Source: Octopus vulgaris
Lineage: Eukaryota
Assembly (NCBI GenBank): GCA_951406725.2
Contig: OX597817.1
Coordinates: forward strand, 40,486,001 to 40,550,000
DNA: 64,000 nucleotides
Direction of reading: 5' to 3'
In this document: piece by piece, positions 1 to 13,006 of the stretch
Position numbering within the stretch: the first letter of the stretch is position 1
Layout of the letters: each line of letters opens with the position of its first letter
Position numbers and translations under genes: made by a program
The notes under the pieces: model-generated
The model's input: the letters and a program-made list of their open reading frames with translations, nothing else
Told to the model about the DNA's origin: nothing
The model's database searches: none

Positions 1-400
1 TCATTTTATATAATATATATGCATCCATATGTGTGTGTGTGTTAACCAAAGGAAGACGTGCAGTGTCTGTGCTCTCTTTTGGGCTTCAAGACTTTTGAGG
101 ATGATGCTCAGCCTGAACATCTGCTGAAAAAACATGTGGATGACATCAGAACCAAAGGTTTGGTGTAAATGTTTGAAAGAGGTTGAACATTACTAAAGAT
201 GCCCAACAATGAAATGTTGGATATTTTTCTAATTTAAGGATCACCACATCTAGCCATTTTTAAATACTGTGGTATTAATTGTAACTCTACTGTTCTTTCA
301 ATTTAATGAAATGATCATCGTCATCTTTGAAATATAAATTTTCTTCCATTTTTATTATAAAAGTTTATATTACATTTTTTTTTAATATTGTATTTCCTAG

Positions 401-515
401 TTCTTGGAGACAAAACAATATCAACTGGCCCTACTTGCTTGGCAAAATGCAACTTTGTTAAAATCTACACATCTAAGTTCTTGGAGTAACATGGTAATTC
501 TTCTTGATAACATGG
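401..515 (+). CDS. TMTC4: TMTC4 (TPR-containing O-mannosyltransferase), internal exon; gene starts upstream of the window
   Basis: tttcctag| acceptor, g|gtaag donor; FLETKQYQLALLAWQNATLLKSTHLSSWSNMVILLDNMG resembles vertebrate TMTC4 AWRNATVLKPEHSLAWNNMIILLDNTG as recalled. Confidence 0.9.
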
Positions 516-869
516 GTAAGTAAACTTCATTAAATATTTCATTTTACAACATCTTTTAGGGTATTTTTGGGACTTTTGCCCTTTATAGGCAGCTCAATGA
601 TTAGTTTGGAGGCTACTAGTGAGTACTTGATTCACATGTAGTGCAATATCAAGTGGTGGGGGTCACTGTTGAGCAATTATGGAAGTGTTTGGATTAATTT
701 TTTTCTTCTCTTCAGATTCTATTGTTATTCGCTGCTCTGATATGTCTTTCACTGGTTTGAATCTATTTAACATTTTCCAGTTAAAGTCCTTGAGACACTT
801 TATTTCACATTTCTTCAGTCTACTCAACTGGCCAAAATAAGTTGCACCCGTAACTTAAAAGGCCAGCCT

Positions 870-1476
870 GGATCTTTACCTTTTGACCGACAGATTTAAA
901 AAATAATTTTTTGTAACTAAACACTTTCATACTTCGGACACTGGTAGAATGTGTCATATAAAACACGTTTTACTCTTAGCATGTTTGAGAAAAACTTATA
1001 TTTATGAAGTTATTTCATGTTAAAGTTGTCCTATTTCAGTAATTTCAATTAATCAATGATGTGTATTCAGCTGAATAAAATTACTGCTGTTGTTTGTTAA
1101 CAAGAACTTCCGGCAGTGTATATTTCGTTTGTCACTGTTTTTTATGACAATCCTAACCCTAAAACCTCAAAGCTAAAACCTGTACAAAAGCATGAATGAT
1201 GTCATAAATAACAGTGACAAACGAAAAATTCACTGCCGATAGTTGTTGACAAACAACAGCAGTAATGTTATTCAGTTGAATACACATCATTGATTGGTTG
1301 AAATTACCAAAATACGACTACTTTAATGTGAAATAACTTTGTAAATATAAGTTTTTCTCAAAAATGCTAAGAGTAAAACATGTTTTATATGACACATTCT
1401 ACCATTGTCCGAAGTTTGAAAGTGTTTAGTTACAAAAAATTATTTTTTAAATCTGTCGGTCAAAAGGTAAAGATCC
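870..1476. mobile_element. Foldback MITE with ~280-bp inverted arms and 8-bp TSD (Merlin-like), inserted in an older repeat
   Basis: Termini GGATCTTTACCTTTTGACCGACAG / CTGTCGGTCAAAAGGTAAAGATCC; TSD GCCAGCCT at 862-869 and 1477-1484. Confidence 0.88.
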
Positions 1477-1749
1477 GCCAGCCTTTGTCAAACTGAATTT
1501 CCCTGAGAACTATGTTAAAGGTACGCATGTCTGAGGAATGCTCAGCCACTTGCACAATGATTTCATGAGAAGGCTGTTCTGTTGATCAGATCAACTGGAA
1601 CCCTCGTTGTAACTGATGGAGCACCAGTTTGAACAGTACAGCCTGAAAATTTATTAGTTCTTGATGGAAAAATTCTTCACAAAAATATAGATAAACACCC
1701 AGTGATAAAGTTGATGCTTGCTGACATTGCCATGCTGGGAGGGATTTAA

Positions 1750-1971
1750 CCCTTTTGTTACAAACCCGGCTGAAACCGGCTCTGGCTCTGTAGTACAAAT
1801 GTCTTGTTTTCATAAATTTTGAAGTAAAATCTTCCACCAAACCTTAGTCACAATTAATGGTCTCTGACACTAGCTTAATGATAACTAAGTTATTTTACTA
1901 AATTCTTTGCTATATCTAAAATAATTGAGAAAAACAAAGAGCATCTCAAAATAAATACAGTAACGAAAGGG
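1750..1971. mobile_element. Short piggyBac-like MITE; related copies at ~14851-15068, 39383-39623, 51254-51404, 53576-53791
   Basis: TTAA|CCCTTTTGTTAC...GTAACGAAAGGG|TTAA; internal sequence shared between copies. Confidence 0.8.
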
Positions 1972-2020
1972 TTAAATAAAAAAAAATCATAATTTTCTGT
2001 TATTCTTATTTATATTTCAG

Positions 2021-2203
2021 GAAACCTAACAGCTGCTGAAACTGTGTGCAATGTGGCTCTGCGCCACCTTCCAGGAGAATCTATTTTGTATCTTCATCTA
2101 GCAAGTATACTTGGGAAACTGGGTCGATATAAAGAAAGTGAGCGTAACTTTCTCACTGCAATCAAATTGAAGCCAGACACAGCCCGGTATTATCTAAACT
2201 TAG
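2021..2203 (+). CDS. TMTC4: TMTC4 penultimate exon (TPR repeats)
   Basis: tttcag| acceptor, g|gtaggt donor, phase 1 at both ends; (G)NLTAAETVCNVALRHLPGESILYLHLASILGKLGRYKESERNFLTAIKLKPDTARYYLNLG. Confidence 0.92.
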
Positions 2204-2867
2204 GTAGGTGAATTTTATCATCCATTTGTGAAGTGGTTAGGTTTAGGAAAGGCCTCCAGCTGTAAAAACGATGCCAAAGCAGACATTGGAGCTTGGCACA
2301 GTCCTCTCTCTCACGGGCTCCTGTCAAACCAATCCAACCCATGCAAGCAAGGAAAACAGACATTAAACAGGACTTGTGTCTATATTCGCTTCAGGATGAT
2401 TAGGTTTGAGTCTCAAGTTCTCTTTTAATCTGATTGTCAGGGTTGACTCCCTTTTCCTTTGCATCTCTGCTTGCGCTCACAGACACTGAGTGTTTATACT
2501 CAGTTAGCTTTCTTCTAGTCTGCCTCCATTCCCAGGCTACCGAGGCCAGATTACCAACCCAGTTACACTGCCAATGTAGAGACATGCTTTAACAAAAACT
2601 ATAAAAGTACTTTATTCTCAGTGATTTTGCAGCATGCTAGACCTACTGGACACTATCTTGGAATTTCTGTTGCTAGATAGTCATTGATTCCATGTTAGGT
2701 TCACTGGTTTTTTTTTTTTTTGACAGCTATTTTGTTTGTCCTACAGAGTTTCTAGTGACCCTCATTACCAGTCAAGTGCGGAAGAATTGGTTTATTCACT
2801 GACAACCCTATCATATTACCAGCATTGCTCATAATCATGAGTGAATATGGCAGATCAGTTGTGCAGC

Positions 2868-3126
2868 CTAAGAGTTGCTGAAGTATGGAACAAACTGCCG
2901 GCATCAGTTGTTAGTTGTTGGAGCACTGCATCCTTCAAAACTTCCATGCTTCCTGAGATTCGCCAACACTACACCTGATTTTCTCCCCTCCATACACATG
3001 CAAGCATGTATCTGACTCATACACTATTCACTTTCCAGACATTTGTACATTACTGCATATTCTTTATATGCACTTTTGACAAGTTGTGGTGCACCTGAGC
3101 ACTGTATACAATAATTTCATTATTAT
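2868..3126 (+). mobile_element. CR1-like LINE 3' fragment
   Basis: LRVAEVWNKLP end of ORF2, 3' UTR and (ATT)n tail; same family as 16700-17131 and related to 56630-57183. Confidence 0.8.
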
Positions 3127-3784
3127 GAACCATTCAAGTCCAGGAGAAGATGGGAATGGAACAGAGATTGATTTCAATAATCAGACAGTGAAAACTGCAA
3201 TATTTTGGACAAGTTATCAGGGTTCAGAACTTCTGCATGCACATCTTAAGGGTTTGGGTGAATGGAAAACAGGCTTGTGTGTGACAAAGACAAAAATAGA
3301 ATAATGACATCAAGGACTGGATGGAGAGGACCCTGGTGGAGTGCATAGCTGCAGCACAATACCATAGGATGTAGCAAGGAATGGTTGTTGTTTCTCTGAC
3401 ACTCAGCCATGAGGGTGGTCAGTCATTCACTCAATTTGATTATCTTTTATTTATTACTTGTTTCAGTCATTTGACTGTGGCCATGCTGGGGCATAGTCTT
3501 GAAGAATTTTCAGTTGAATGAATCAATCCCAGTACTTATTTTTTTGTTAAACCTGATACTTATTTTATCAGTTTCTTTTGCTGAACTACTAAGTTACAGG
3601 GACGTAAACACACCAACACTTGTAGAGACAAACATGCACACACATGATAGGCTTCTTTCAGTTTTTATCTATCAAATCCATTTACAAGGCTTTGGTCATA
3701 GAAACACTTGCCCAAGGTGCCAAACAACCATACCTGTGTCTATTGTGTATTTTTTTAAGAAGTTCCATTAATATTATTTGTTAA

Positions 3785-4060
3785 TCATCATCATCATCAT
3801 TGTTTGATGTCTGCTTTCCATCCTAGCATGGGTTGGACGATTTGACTGAGGGCTGGCGAACCAGATGGCTGCACCAAGCTCCAATCTTGATCTGGTGGAG
3901 CTTCTACAGCTGGATGCCCTTCCTAACACCAACCACTCCAAGAGTGTAGTGGGTGCTTTTACGTGCCACCAACACGGGGGCTAGTCAGGTGGTACTGGCA
4001 ATGACCTCGAATCTTTTTACACGTGCCACCGGCACAGGTGCCAGTTAACCGCTCTGGCAT
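3785..4060 (-). mobile_element. RTE LINE 3'-UTR fragment with (GAT)n tail; other copies at ~4775-5220(+), 5748-6112(+), 7672-8065(-), 8990-9427(+), 41117-41421(+), 45315-45500(-), 57375-57590(-)
   Basis: Shared block GGTTGGCRTTAGGAAGGGCATCCAGCTGTAGAAAC...AACCCATGCTAGCATGGAA...(GAT)n, also found at the 3' end of the RTE at 60210-63133. Confidence 0.85.
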
Positions 4061-5702
4061 GTAATGTAAATGACTATCCATACTTCTCTCTGTGAACCAT
4101 GTCTTCAAAAGATATTGATTAAAATCAAGCTTTTTCTTGTTTGTTTTGTATTGGGAGTGGGGGAAAATGAAATTAAACTAATCAATATAAATATTTGAAA
4201 ATATTAATTGCATTGAAACTTCACTATGTTACATTTTTAGTTTATCAACACAGCTGGGGAAAATACTTGAAAAAATCAACAAAAATGTTGAAATTACAAC
4301 TTCAAAAATTATATAAATGTATACATTTTTTCTTTTAATCAGCATTAGTAACTTCTGCAAATTAAATATATATATATCTATATAATTTATACATGCATAT
4401 ATGTATGTATAAACATTTATATAAAAACTGAGCAGATAGAGAAGTGAAGTGAGAGAATAGATGTTTTTTCCATTTGTTGTGTGTGTGTGTGCACGTGCGC
4501 ATACACACATTCATGCTTTGAGTTGTATTTTCTTGTTTGTCTGTGTTACAAGTATATAAATGTGGATATATAAACATATATATATATATATATATAAATA
4601 ACAAATAAAAGACTGAAAATGGAATATACGAGAATATATTATTAATCACAACAATTGTTTCGACACATCCAGCATTGACTCCTCTTGTGGGACACACAAA
4701 AACTTGTACAGGAGCATCCGGTGGTGTGAACGTATCTTGGGTGATAAATAAGTAAAAAATCTCGTTAAAATGACAGTTCGGTGACTGGCATCTGTGCTAG
4801 TGGAGTGCTAAAAACACCATCCGAGCATGATCGTTGTCAGAGTAGTTAACTGGCTTCCATGCTGGTGGCACATAAAAAGCACCATTCGAGCGTGATCGCC
4901 ACCAGTGTCACCACTTGTGCCGGTGGCACGGGAAAAAGCATCCGAGCGAGATCGTTGCCAGTGCCACTGGACTGGCTCCTGTGCAGGTAGCATGTAAAAA
5001 ACACCATTCCAGCATGGCCGTTGCCAGTACTGCCTGACTGGTCCTCGTGCTGGCGGCACGTAAAAGCACCCACTATACTCTCGGAGCATCCAGCTATAGA
5101 AACTCTGCCAGATCAAGATTGGAGCCTGGTGCAGCCATCTAGTTCACCAGTCCTCAGTCAAATCGTCCAACCCTTGCTAGCATGGAAAGTGGATGTTAAA
5201 CGATGATGATGATGATGATGAATCCTCTCTCTTGCACACCACATTCACTTCTTTCCATATCTAGCTCCTCTTGTTCAGCTCATCTGCACTGTGTTACTCA
5301 TGCACACCAACATTACACATCTATCAGACCATGCTTGCCTCACCTCTCTAAACCTTCACAAATCCTCTGGTTTCAAAGTGCATGTCTCATAACTATAAAG
5401 CACCATGCTCTGTCCGCAAGTATCACTCAATCTGAGACTTCAGTCTGGGAATATTGTTACTAATAGAGACAGTAACTCCCTGAACTTTCCCACTCTATTC
5501 CTACTTCAGCAACTATTCCTTCAGAACAGCTTCCTCCATTACCAAACAGGTTACAAAGGTATAGAAGCCTTCAACCACTTCTAAGAAGGCCTCAAAATAC
5601 TTTATCATTTGCACGCTCACAACCAACACCTGGTGCATCTGTCACACATGAAGGTCACTCTCCCTCTCAGCCTACCTGTTTTCATACAACACATCTTTTT
5701 TA

Positions 5703-5751
<49 letters not shown>

Positions 5752-6263
5752 CCTATTGAGTCAAGTACATCAACATCAAAATAAAAATTCAGATGGAAAT
5801 TGTAGTTGTGATACCTGTGCCCGTGGCACGTAAAGAGCACCATCCGAACATGGCCGATACCAGTGCCGCCTTGACTGGCTTCCGTGCTGGTGGCACGTAA
5901 AAAGCATCAACCGATCGTGGCTGTTGCCAGCCTCTCCTGGCACGTAAAAGGCACCCACTACACTCATGGAGTGGTTGGTGTTAGGAAGGACATCCAGCTG
6001 TAGAAACACTGCCAGATCAGACTGGTGCCTGGTGCAGCCTCCTGACTTCCCAGATCCCGGTCGAACTGTCCAACCCATGCTAGCATGGAAAACAGACATT
6101 AAACGATGATGATTATATATATATATATATATATATATTAATCAGCCGAAATTGCTAGGATGATCCGGTTCTTGACTGAAGATTGAAGGCTTCGAATGTC
6201 CCGTCCGTGTTTTTTGTATCGTCTTCTAAATGTTTTACATTCTTGTCCCAGTTTGTATTTTTC

Positions 6264-6315
<52 letters not shown>

Positions 6316-8122
6316 CAATAAGAAAATGGAGGAGATCAATAGGTGGTTCATCAACTTTTAGACATTATATTATGTTAACTTATTTATTTATTTACTAAAC
6401 TGATAATTACAATAATATACATACATGTATAACATATTATGCTTTACATATAAGATATAAAATATAGTAATATATAAGGATACCAGTAATTATTATAAAA
6501 CACACACACACATATATATACACACACATACACAAACATACATTTACATTTATGCATATGCATTCACATATGTACATATATATGCATATACACACATACT
6601 TGTTTTTTTTTAAGTATGAAATATGAAATTTTGTGTGTGTTTGTGTGATTGAGTTCATATTTCCTCACCTACATGCTTTTTTAGGGGGGCTGGTTGCTAA
6701 CAATGGCTTCACAAGCACTGCCATTTGTTTTGCAATCCACCACAAAAGCACATCTAGGCCTTTTTGGCATGTTACACAGTATAAACAAAAGATTCATTCA
6801 TCTTGTGTCATTTGTTTCCAATTCTCAACATAAACATATCTGGACCTTTTATTGTTTGATAGACTGGAAGATTATTATCTCTTTGCAAACAAATGGGATT
6901 GTTGATGACAGGAAGGTCATCTATTTGTAGAAAACTCTACCCCTGCATATTCTTGTCTAACCCAAGCAAGCAGGGTAAAGTTGACATTAAAATGGATGAT
7001 AATGATATATAATTATGTGGATAGTATTGTTTGTTCTAATGTTGTAGTGACTTTACTAGATTTTATTATTCTTTTATTTTCGAGCTCTCTGCAAGATTTC
7101 TTGTTTTATAGCAGTGTTTGTTTTGTGTCACCGACCATAATATGTTGTGTATAGCTAATTCTGACACATAGAAATAAAAGAGAATTATTTGACATTTGAT
7201 GAATTCATCTGACAAAACGTACGATGGCAGATGAATGAAACATTAAAACAGATTTTTAAAATCATGGAAAAGTATCCAGTATACTCAATTGAGGGAGTAT
7301 TTGTCTTCTGATGATATTTCTAATGGATTTGCTGTTTTAAAAACACAAGTATTAGAGACACAGAGAAAGAAATAAAAGTTCATTGTAACTGTGGCCAGCA
7401 AAAGCACCTGATGCATTTCAACCCTTGGTGCTCTGGCTAACTGTTGCTGGCATGAATTTTCATCTCTCTCTCTGATATTTATTGTTTTCAACACAGCAAA
7501 TCTATAAGAGATGTTATTTCAGGACAGTTACTGCAGTAACTGGCCTATTGACAGTGTACATACATGAAGTATGATACAAATGAAAATGTAATTTAGCGGG
7601 TATATCAAAATCTTTTTATTGACTAACCATTTTGGGTAATAAAACTAGAATCCATCTCAAACTGGTTCTTCATCATCATCATCATCATCATCATCGTTAT
7701 TGTTTAACATCTGCTTTCCATGTTGGCATGGGTTGGACGGTTTGGCTGAGGACTGGCAAGTCCAAAGGCTGTACCAGGCACCAATCTGATCTGGCAAGGT
7801 TTCTACAGCTGGATGCCCTTCCTAATGCCAGCCACTCTAAGAGTGTAGTGGGTGCTTTTTATGTGCCACTGGCACTGGCATCGGCCATGACCATAACTTC
7901 ACTTGACTCAACAGATCTTCACAAGTGCAGTTTGTTGCCCAATGGTTGAAGTTATGCTGCACTGGCATAGGACATGGTTACAGTCTCACTTGGCTTGCTG
8001 GGTCTTCTCAAGCACAGCATATCTCCAAAGGTCTCGGTCACTCGTCATTGCCATCGCCTTTGTGAAACAAATAAAGCAAATATTCTTTAAGTTTAAAACT
8101 AACGAATGTTACTTGTTTATTG

Positions 8123-8371
8123 TGGAGGCACGTGGCTCAAGTGGTTAGGGTGTCAGCATCATGATTATAAGATTGTGGTTTCAATTCCTGGATCAGGCGA
8201 CGCGTTGTGTTCTTGAGCAAAGCACTTCATTTCACATTGCTCCAGTCCACTCAGCTGGCAAAAATGAGTAACGCTGCAATGGACTGGCGTCCCATCCAGG
8301 TGGGGAACACATACGCCATTGAAACCAGGAAACTGGGCCCATGAGCCTGGCTAGGCTTTAAAAGGGCACAT
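8123..8371 (+). mobile_element. tRNA-derived SINE, family with a V-domain-like segment; copies at ~63590-63838(-), 27525-27780(+), 21120-21200(-)
   Basis: A/B-box-like head (TGGCTCAAGTGGTTAGG...GGTTTCAATTCC) and GCAATGGACTGGCGTCCCATCCAGG segment. Confidence 0.75.
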
Positions 8372-8522
8372 TAAAATTAATTATTTGTTTATTACTTGCA
8401 TTCCTTTCTTACATATTTAATCAGAAAATAACAACGAACTTATATAGACTGTTTCTCAGTATTGTATACAATCAGCATATTAAAATTAATCATTATTTTA
8501 TTTTGTTTTTTACTGATTACAG

Positions 8523-8659
8523 GTATACTTTACCACCGATGGGGAAAATATGAGAAAGCTGAGGCAGCATATGAAAAAACACTTCTTCTAAATCCATCAC
8601 TAAAAAATGCCCAGGAATATTTACAGACCGTGCAAAAGAAATTGAAGCAAGGCAGCTAG
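8523..8659 (+). CDS. TMTC4: TMTC4 last coding exon
   Basis: ctgattacag| acceptor; (G)ILYHRWGKYEKAEAAYEKTLLLNPSLKNAQEYLQTVQKKLKQGS*; LYHRWG matches the TMTC4 C-terminus. Confidence 0.92.
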
Positions 8660-8820
8660 CTAAATTCAGGAAAAAAAACCCAATTATCTTAACATTGTCT
8701 CTTGAGGTGGTTCATTTCTGTATCATTGCATCTCACATCCAAAATCTGATAGAACTTATATTTTTACAAGACATATATTATTTCACTTGTTATAGCATAT
8801 GTGAATGTCCAGAGTTTACA

Positions 8821-8826
8821 AATAAA
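8821..8826 (+). terminator. Candidate poly(A) signal of TMTC4
   Basis: AATAAA about 160 nt after the stop codon, followed by T-rich sequence. Confidence 0.55.
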
Positions 8827-8909
8827 ATTTATTCATTTTGATTTCTTGTATAATTTTATATAAAATTTAAAATTTCTAAATCTGTTTGAGAATTGCAGCC
8901 ACTCAAGTA

Positions 8910-8953
<44 letters not shown>

Positions 8954-9679
8954 CATACATATACATACATACATATATATATATCGCAGGATGGCCTGCT
9001 GTGCTTACCTTGGATTGTAGGGCAACCTGCTGTGCTTGAGGAGACCTATTGAGTCAAGTACATCAACATCAAAAAGTCAAATGGAAATTGTAGTTGTGAT
9101 ACCTGTGCCAGTGGCACGTAAAAAGCACCATCTGAACATGACCGATGCCAGCGCCACCTTGACAGGCTTCCATGCCGGTGGCACGTAAAAGGCACCAACC
9201 AGTCGTGGCCATTGCCAACCTCCCCTGGCATCTGTGCCGGTGGCACGTAAAAAGCACCCACTACACTCACGGAGTGGTTGGCGCTAGGAAGGACATCTAG
9301 CTGTAGAAACACTGCCAGATCAGACTGGAGCCTGGTACAACCTCTTGGCTTCCCAGACCCCGGTCGAACCATCCAACCCATGCTAGCATGGAAATCGGAC
9401 GTTAAACGATGATTATTATGATGATGATATATATATAATAATGATCCTTTCTACAGTAGGCACAAGACCTGAAATGTTGGGATAAGAGAATAGTTGATGA
9501 CATCAACCCCAGTGCTCAGCTGGTACTTATCAACCCTGAAAAGAGGAAAAGCAAGGTCAGCCTCAGTAGAATCTGAAGTCAGAACATAAAGATGGATAAA
9601 ATACTGCTAAGTGTGCTAACAATTCTGCCAGCTCGCTACCTTAATAATAATAATAGTAGTAGCAGTAGCACCCCTGATG

Positions 9680-10250
9680 CATTACCAGGCAGTGGCTCTC
9701 ATGGCTTCTGATCTTAACTGATTGGAAGTGTTATCATGTACATTGTTATGTCTTAGTATAAAAGATGGGCTACAGCAAATATTCTGCTCAATACTACAGA
9801 TTTGCTTGTCAGTTGTTTGACCTTAACCAGTTGAGCATGTCCCTTAGTGGCTGACGATATGTGCATCTCTGATCACAAGCAGAAGTAGTGGGGGAGCATC
9901 ATAGCTATGTGTTGAGAGGGATTCTTTGGGGTTTGAATAATTTACCTCTGGAAACATGGGAGTTTCGTTCAACATCCTTAAACAACCCTTATTCAGGGAC
10001 CTTTTGAGCGGGATGGGTTACTCGACCAGAAGAATATTCTAACTGGGCCCCACCTGTAAGGTCATGTGCTGTTTATCTTGATATGAGATCACCATATCAC
10101 GCACATTTGGTTGTGATACATGTTCCTGGTGTACCCTTATCAGACGGGTAGTCAGGATGGGTATACTAGGCTTCATATATTTTACCCCAGTGTCAACTTT
10201 GATGGCTTGCACTGCTCTCTCACTCAATAATAATAATGATAATAATAATG
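9680..10250 (+). mobile_element. Probable LINE 3'-UTR fragment ending in an (AAT)n tail
   Basis: Non-coding, GC-richer block ending CTCTCTCACTC(AAT)n, between SINE remnants; family not determined. Confidence 0.5.
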
Positions 10251-10858
10251 GTTTCAAATTTTGGCATAGGGCCAGCAATTTTAGAGGAGGAAGCTAGATG
10301 ATTATATGGACTCTAGTAATCAACTGGTATTTTATTTTATCAGCTCCAAAAAGACGAAAGGCAAAGTCAGCCTCAGTGGAATTTGAACTCAAAACATAAA
10401 GATGGATAAAATATGCTAAGTATTTTGTCTGGCATGCTAATAATAATAATATTTAGAGCTAAACACTTGAGCTTTGGGTGCTGCTGAACTCTGTCTCTGA
10501 GTGAGGAAAGGAGACCAGTCAATTACTGTATTTTTCAGCTAAGAAAAAATAGGTCAATTTGTACATCAAAACAACTTTGGAGAATCAAAAATTCTACATG
10601 AAATGCAAAAGGATTTGGAAAGATAGTAACAGTGTGTGAATATTAACACTATATGTTTACACTATATATGCTATGTTCACTTGTATGCCGGAAAATATGG
10701 TACAGCAACCCCAGTATTTGACTGGTACTTATTTTATTGACCATGAAAGGTTGAAAGGCAAAGTCAATCTCAGCAATATTTAAACTCTGTGTAAAACCAG
10801 AAAAAAGTCACTAAGTATTTTGTGTGACACTAACAATTCTGCTAGCTCACTGCCTTAA

Positions 10859-11381
10859 CCCCTTGACAACAGTTGACGCAAATATGCGATCACACTTTTG
10901 CTTGCCTACCCGCGGTTAACGTAAATATACGATGTAGAGCTGCCCTACATCTATCATGGACTTTTTAGCAGCTGACTGTTTATGTTCGCTGTCATGTACT
11001 TTGTCTCTTGAGGTGCGCGCACTCACTGTCCCGTGTATTATCTTAGCTATTTTAGGTTACGTTCAAGTCATGAGACTAGCAGTAGACCAATGACATGCAG
11101 ATAATTTACATGCATAATACCGTGTTTTGAGTTGTACCACACGCAAGCTACTTTTTGAACTTGAGCAAAATAACTCTTGCATATCATATTATGATAAATA
11201 GCTTCACATAGTTCGTTTTCATAAACCGGTAGATGTAAATGTACGACGCTATGTTATTGTAACGGTGAACGTAAATAGACATGAGCTCGTTGGCGCTTGT
11301 GTGTTTGTGTGGTCTCATTAGATAAAAAAAAAACCCAGAGCAGTGTCTCGCATGCTTCAGGTAATTACCGGCGTCAAGGGG
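10859..11381. mobile_element. piggyBac-like non-autonomous element
   Basis: TTAA|CCCCTTGAC...GTCAAGGGG|TTAA. Confidence 0.82.
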
Positions 11382-11699
11382 TTAATAATAATCTTTTTTA
11401 CTTTAGGCACAACACCTGATATTTTGGGGAAGCAAGGATAGTAGATTACATTGACCTCAGTACTTGACAGGTACTTATCTTATTGACCCCAAAAGGATGA
11501 AAAGCAAAGTCAACCTTGGCGGCATTTGAATTCAGAACATAAAGACAGATGAAATATCACTAAGCATTTTGTCCAGTGTGCTAACAATTCTGCCAGCTCA
11601 ATAATAATAATAATGATGGTCACTCCTATTTGGAGGAGAGGACTTAAAGAGTGTAATGGAAACAAAGAACAAAAAAAAAATCTAAGAAGCAGCATCCAT

Positions 11700-11950
11700 T
11701 TGCAATGGATGTGTGAATGTAATTTCAGTTCAAGGATGGGTTTTTGCTATGAAGTTGCAATTGGGAAATTGATGATTTTGATTTTGCCTGGGATTTGGTA
11801 AAGGTGTCTGTTGATTGTAGCTTATAGTTCTTCTATTGTTCTTTTTCTTCAACTCAAATTGTTTGGATGCATCGTGACACATTCTATGCCATGCAGATCG
11901 ATCTAGGCAATAACTTTCCCAAGATGTCAGGTTAAGCTGTAGAGATTTTT
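11700..11950 (-). mobile_element. Old RTE-type LINE ORF2 C-terminal fragment, possibly exonised
   Basis: LTSWESYCLDRSAWHRMCHDASKQFE (WE...DRSAW motif) followed by a frameshifted C2H2-like end PNCNFIAKTHP/LKLHSHIH. Confidence 0.65.
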
Positions 11951-12852
11951 TAATGACAATAATGGTAATAATGAAATGCAGTATAATAATAATAACAACA
12001 AATATACCTGTAAAATTGAAAAAAAAAGCTTTATGGAGTTGTTTTAATTTGGTTTCAATACAATTTAATTTGGTTTATATAGGCTAAAAAGAAAAATATG
12101 AATATTTGTATATTATTTAGATGTCTTAAATACAACAAGAGATCAATCATATATATTGCTGAATTATTTGATTTCTACAGTAACTGTTAGTCATGCAGAA
12201 GTTTTTATTTTATTTTATTTACTTTGTACATCTTTATATCATTTTTCTATGCTTGCATTGGTTAAGTTGTTATATTTACTGTAGACTTACGTCTAGAGCC
12301 AAGATATTCTTCTTACTGCTATTATTCACCTGTGAAGAAAATAGTGGAGCTTGTTCTTTGTTTAGCCATGCACCAGTGTGCTTTACTAAGGGGCACAAGA
12401 TTTGAACTATGGCTTGTAGTTCAGCATCTTAACTTCATATCAAAGCATCTAAACATTGAATAGTCACTTAAAAGTTAATGTAAGCAATGGGTGTCACCAT
12501 AATGGCAATGAGCTGTAGTTATTTAGTCTCACATTTTTAGAAAAAATGAATGTCTAAGTCCGTTCCTCTAAAATTGTGGCGTCATATTAGTGAGTAAATA
12601 TTTATTGCTGGAATACGATAATTTCAGCATTAAATTTCAAGTGTGAACTTCATTCTTTTTTTTATTTTCCTGCATGGCAAACATGGTATTTTTCATGAAT
12701 TTAAATCATCCAGCATTTAACCCTCTCATGCAGAAAATGAAGCGATAATTTCAGAAGTTAATCAGTAATTTCATAAATAATTTATGGATGTCTGAAATTT
12801 CGAAGAAGAAGAATATTTAATTTAATATTTATTTCCTTTTTTTGTGAATTTG

Positions 12853-12950
12853 TCAGTGTAGGCTGACGCAAACTAGTATTAGAATAAATATCCTTGATAT
12901 GGAGTAAGTCTTCAAGCTTGGACTACCACTTAATTTGTGAATCTTTGGAC
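12853..12950 (-). CDS. CUB-like-domain gene, exon 4 (GPI-anchor-signal-like C-terminus)
   Basis: Long T-tract plus aattcag| acceptor, phase 1; (G)PKIHKLSGSPSLKTYSISRIFILILVCVSLH*. Confidence 0.8.
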
Positions 12951-13006
12951 CTGAATTAAAAAAAATAAAAACAATATAAGACTTTTTACATAGTGATATA
13001 TATATA

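Noticed and set aside
9105-9260. CRISPR array
   Set aside because: Eukaryotic context, no cas genes, linkers resemble each other, and the unit is part of a LINE 3' UTR.
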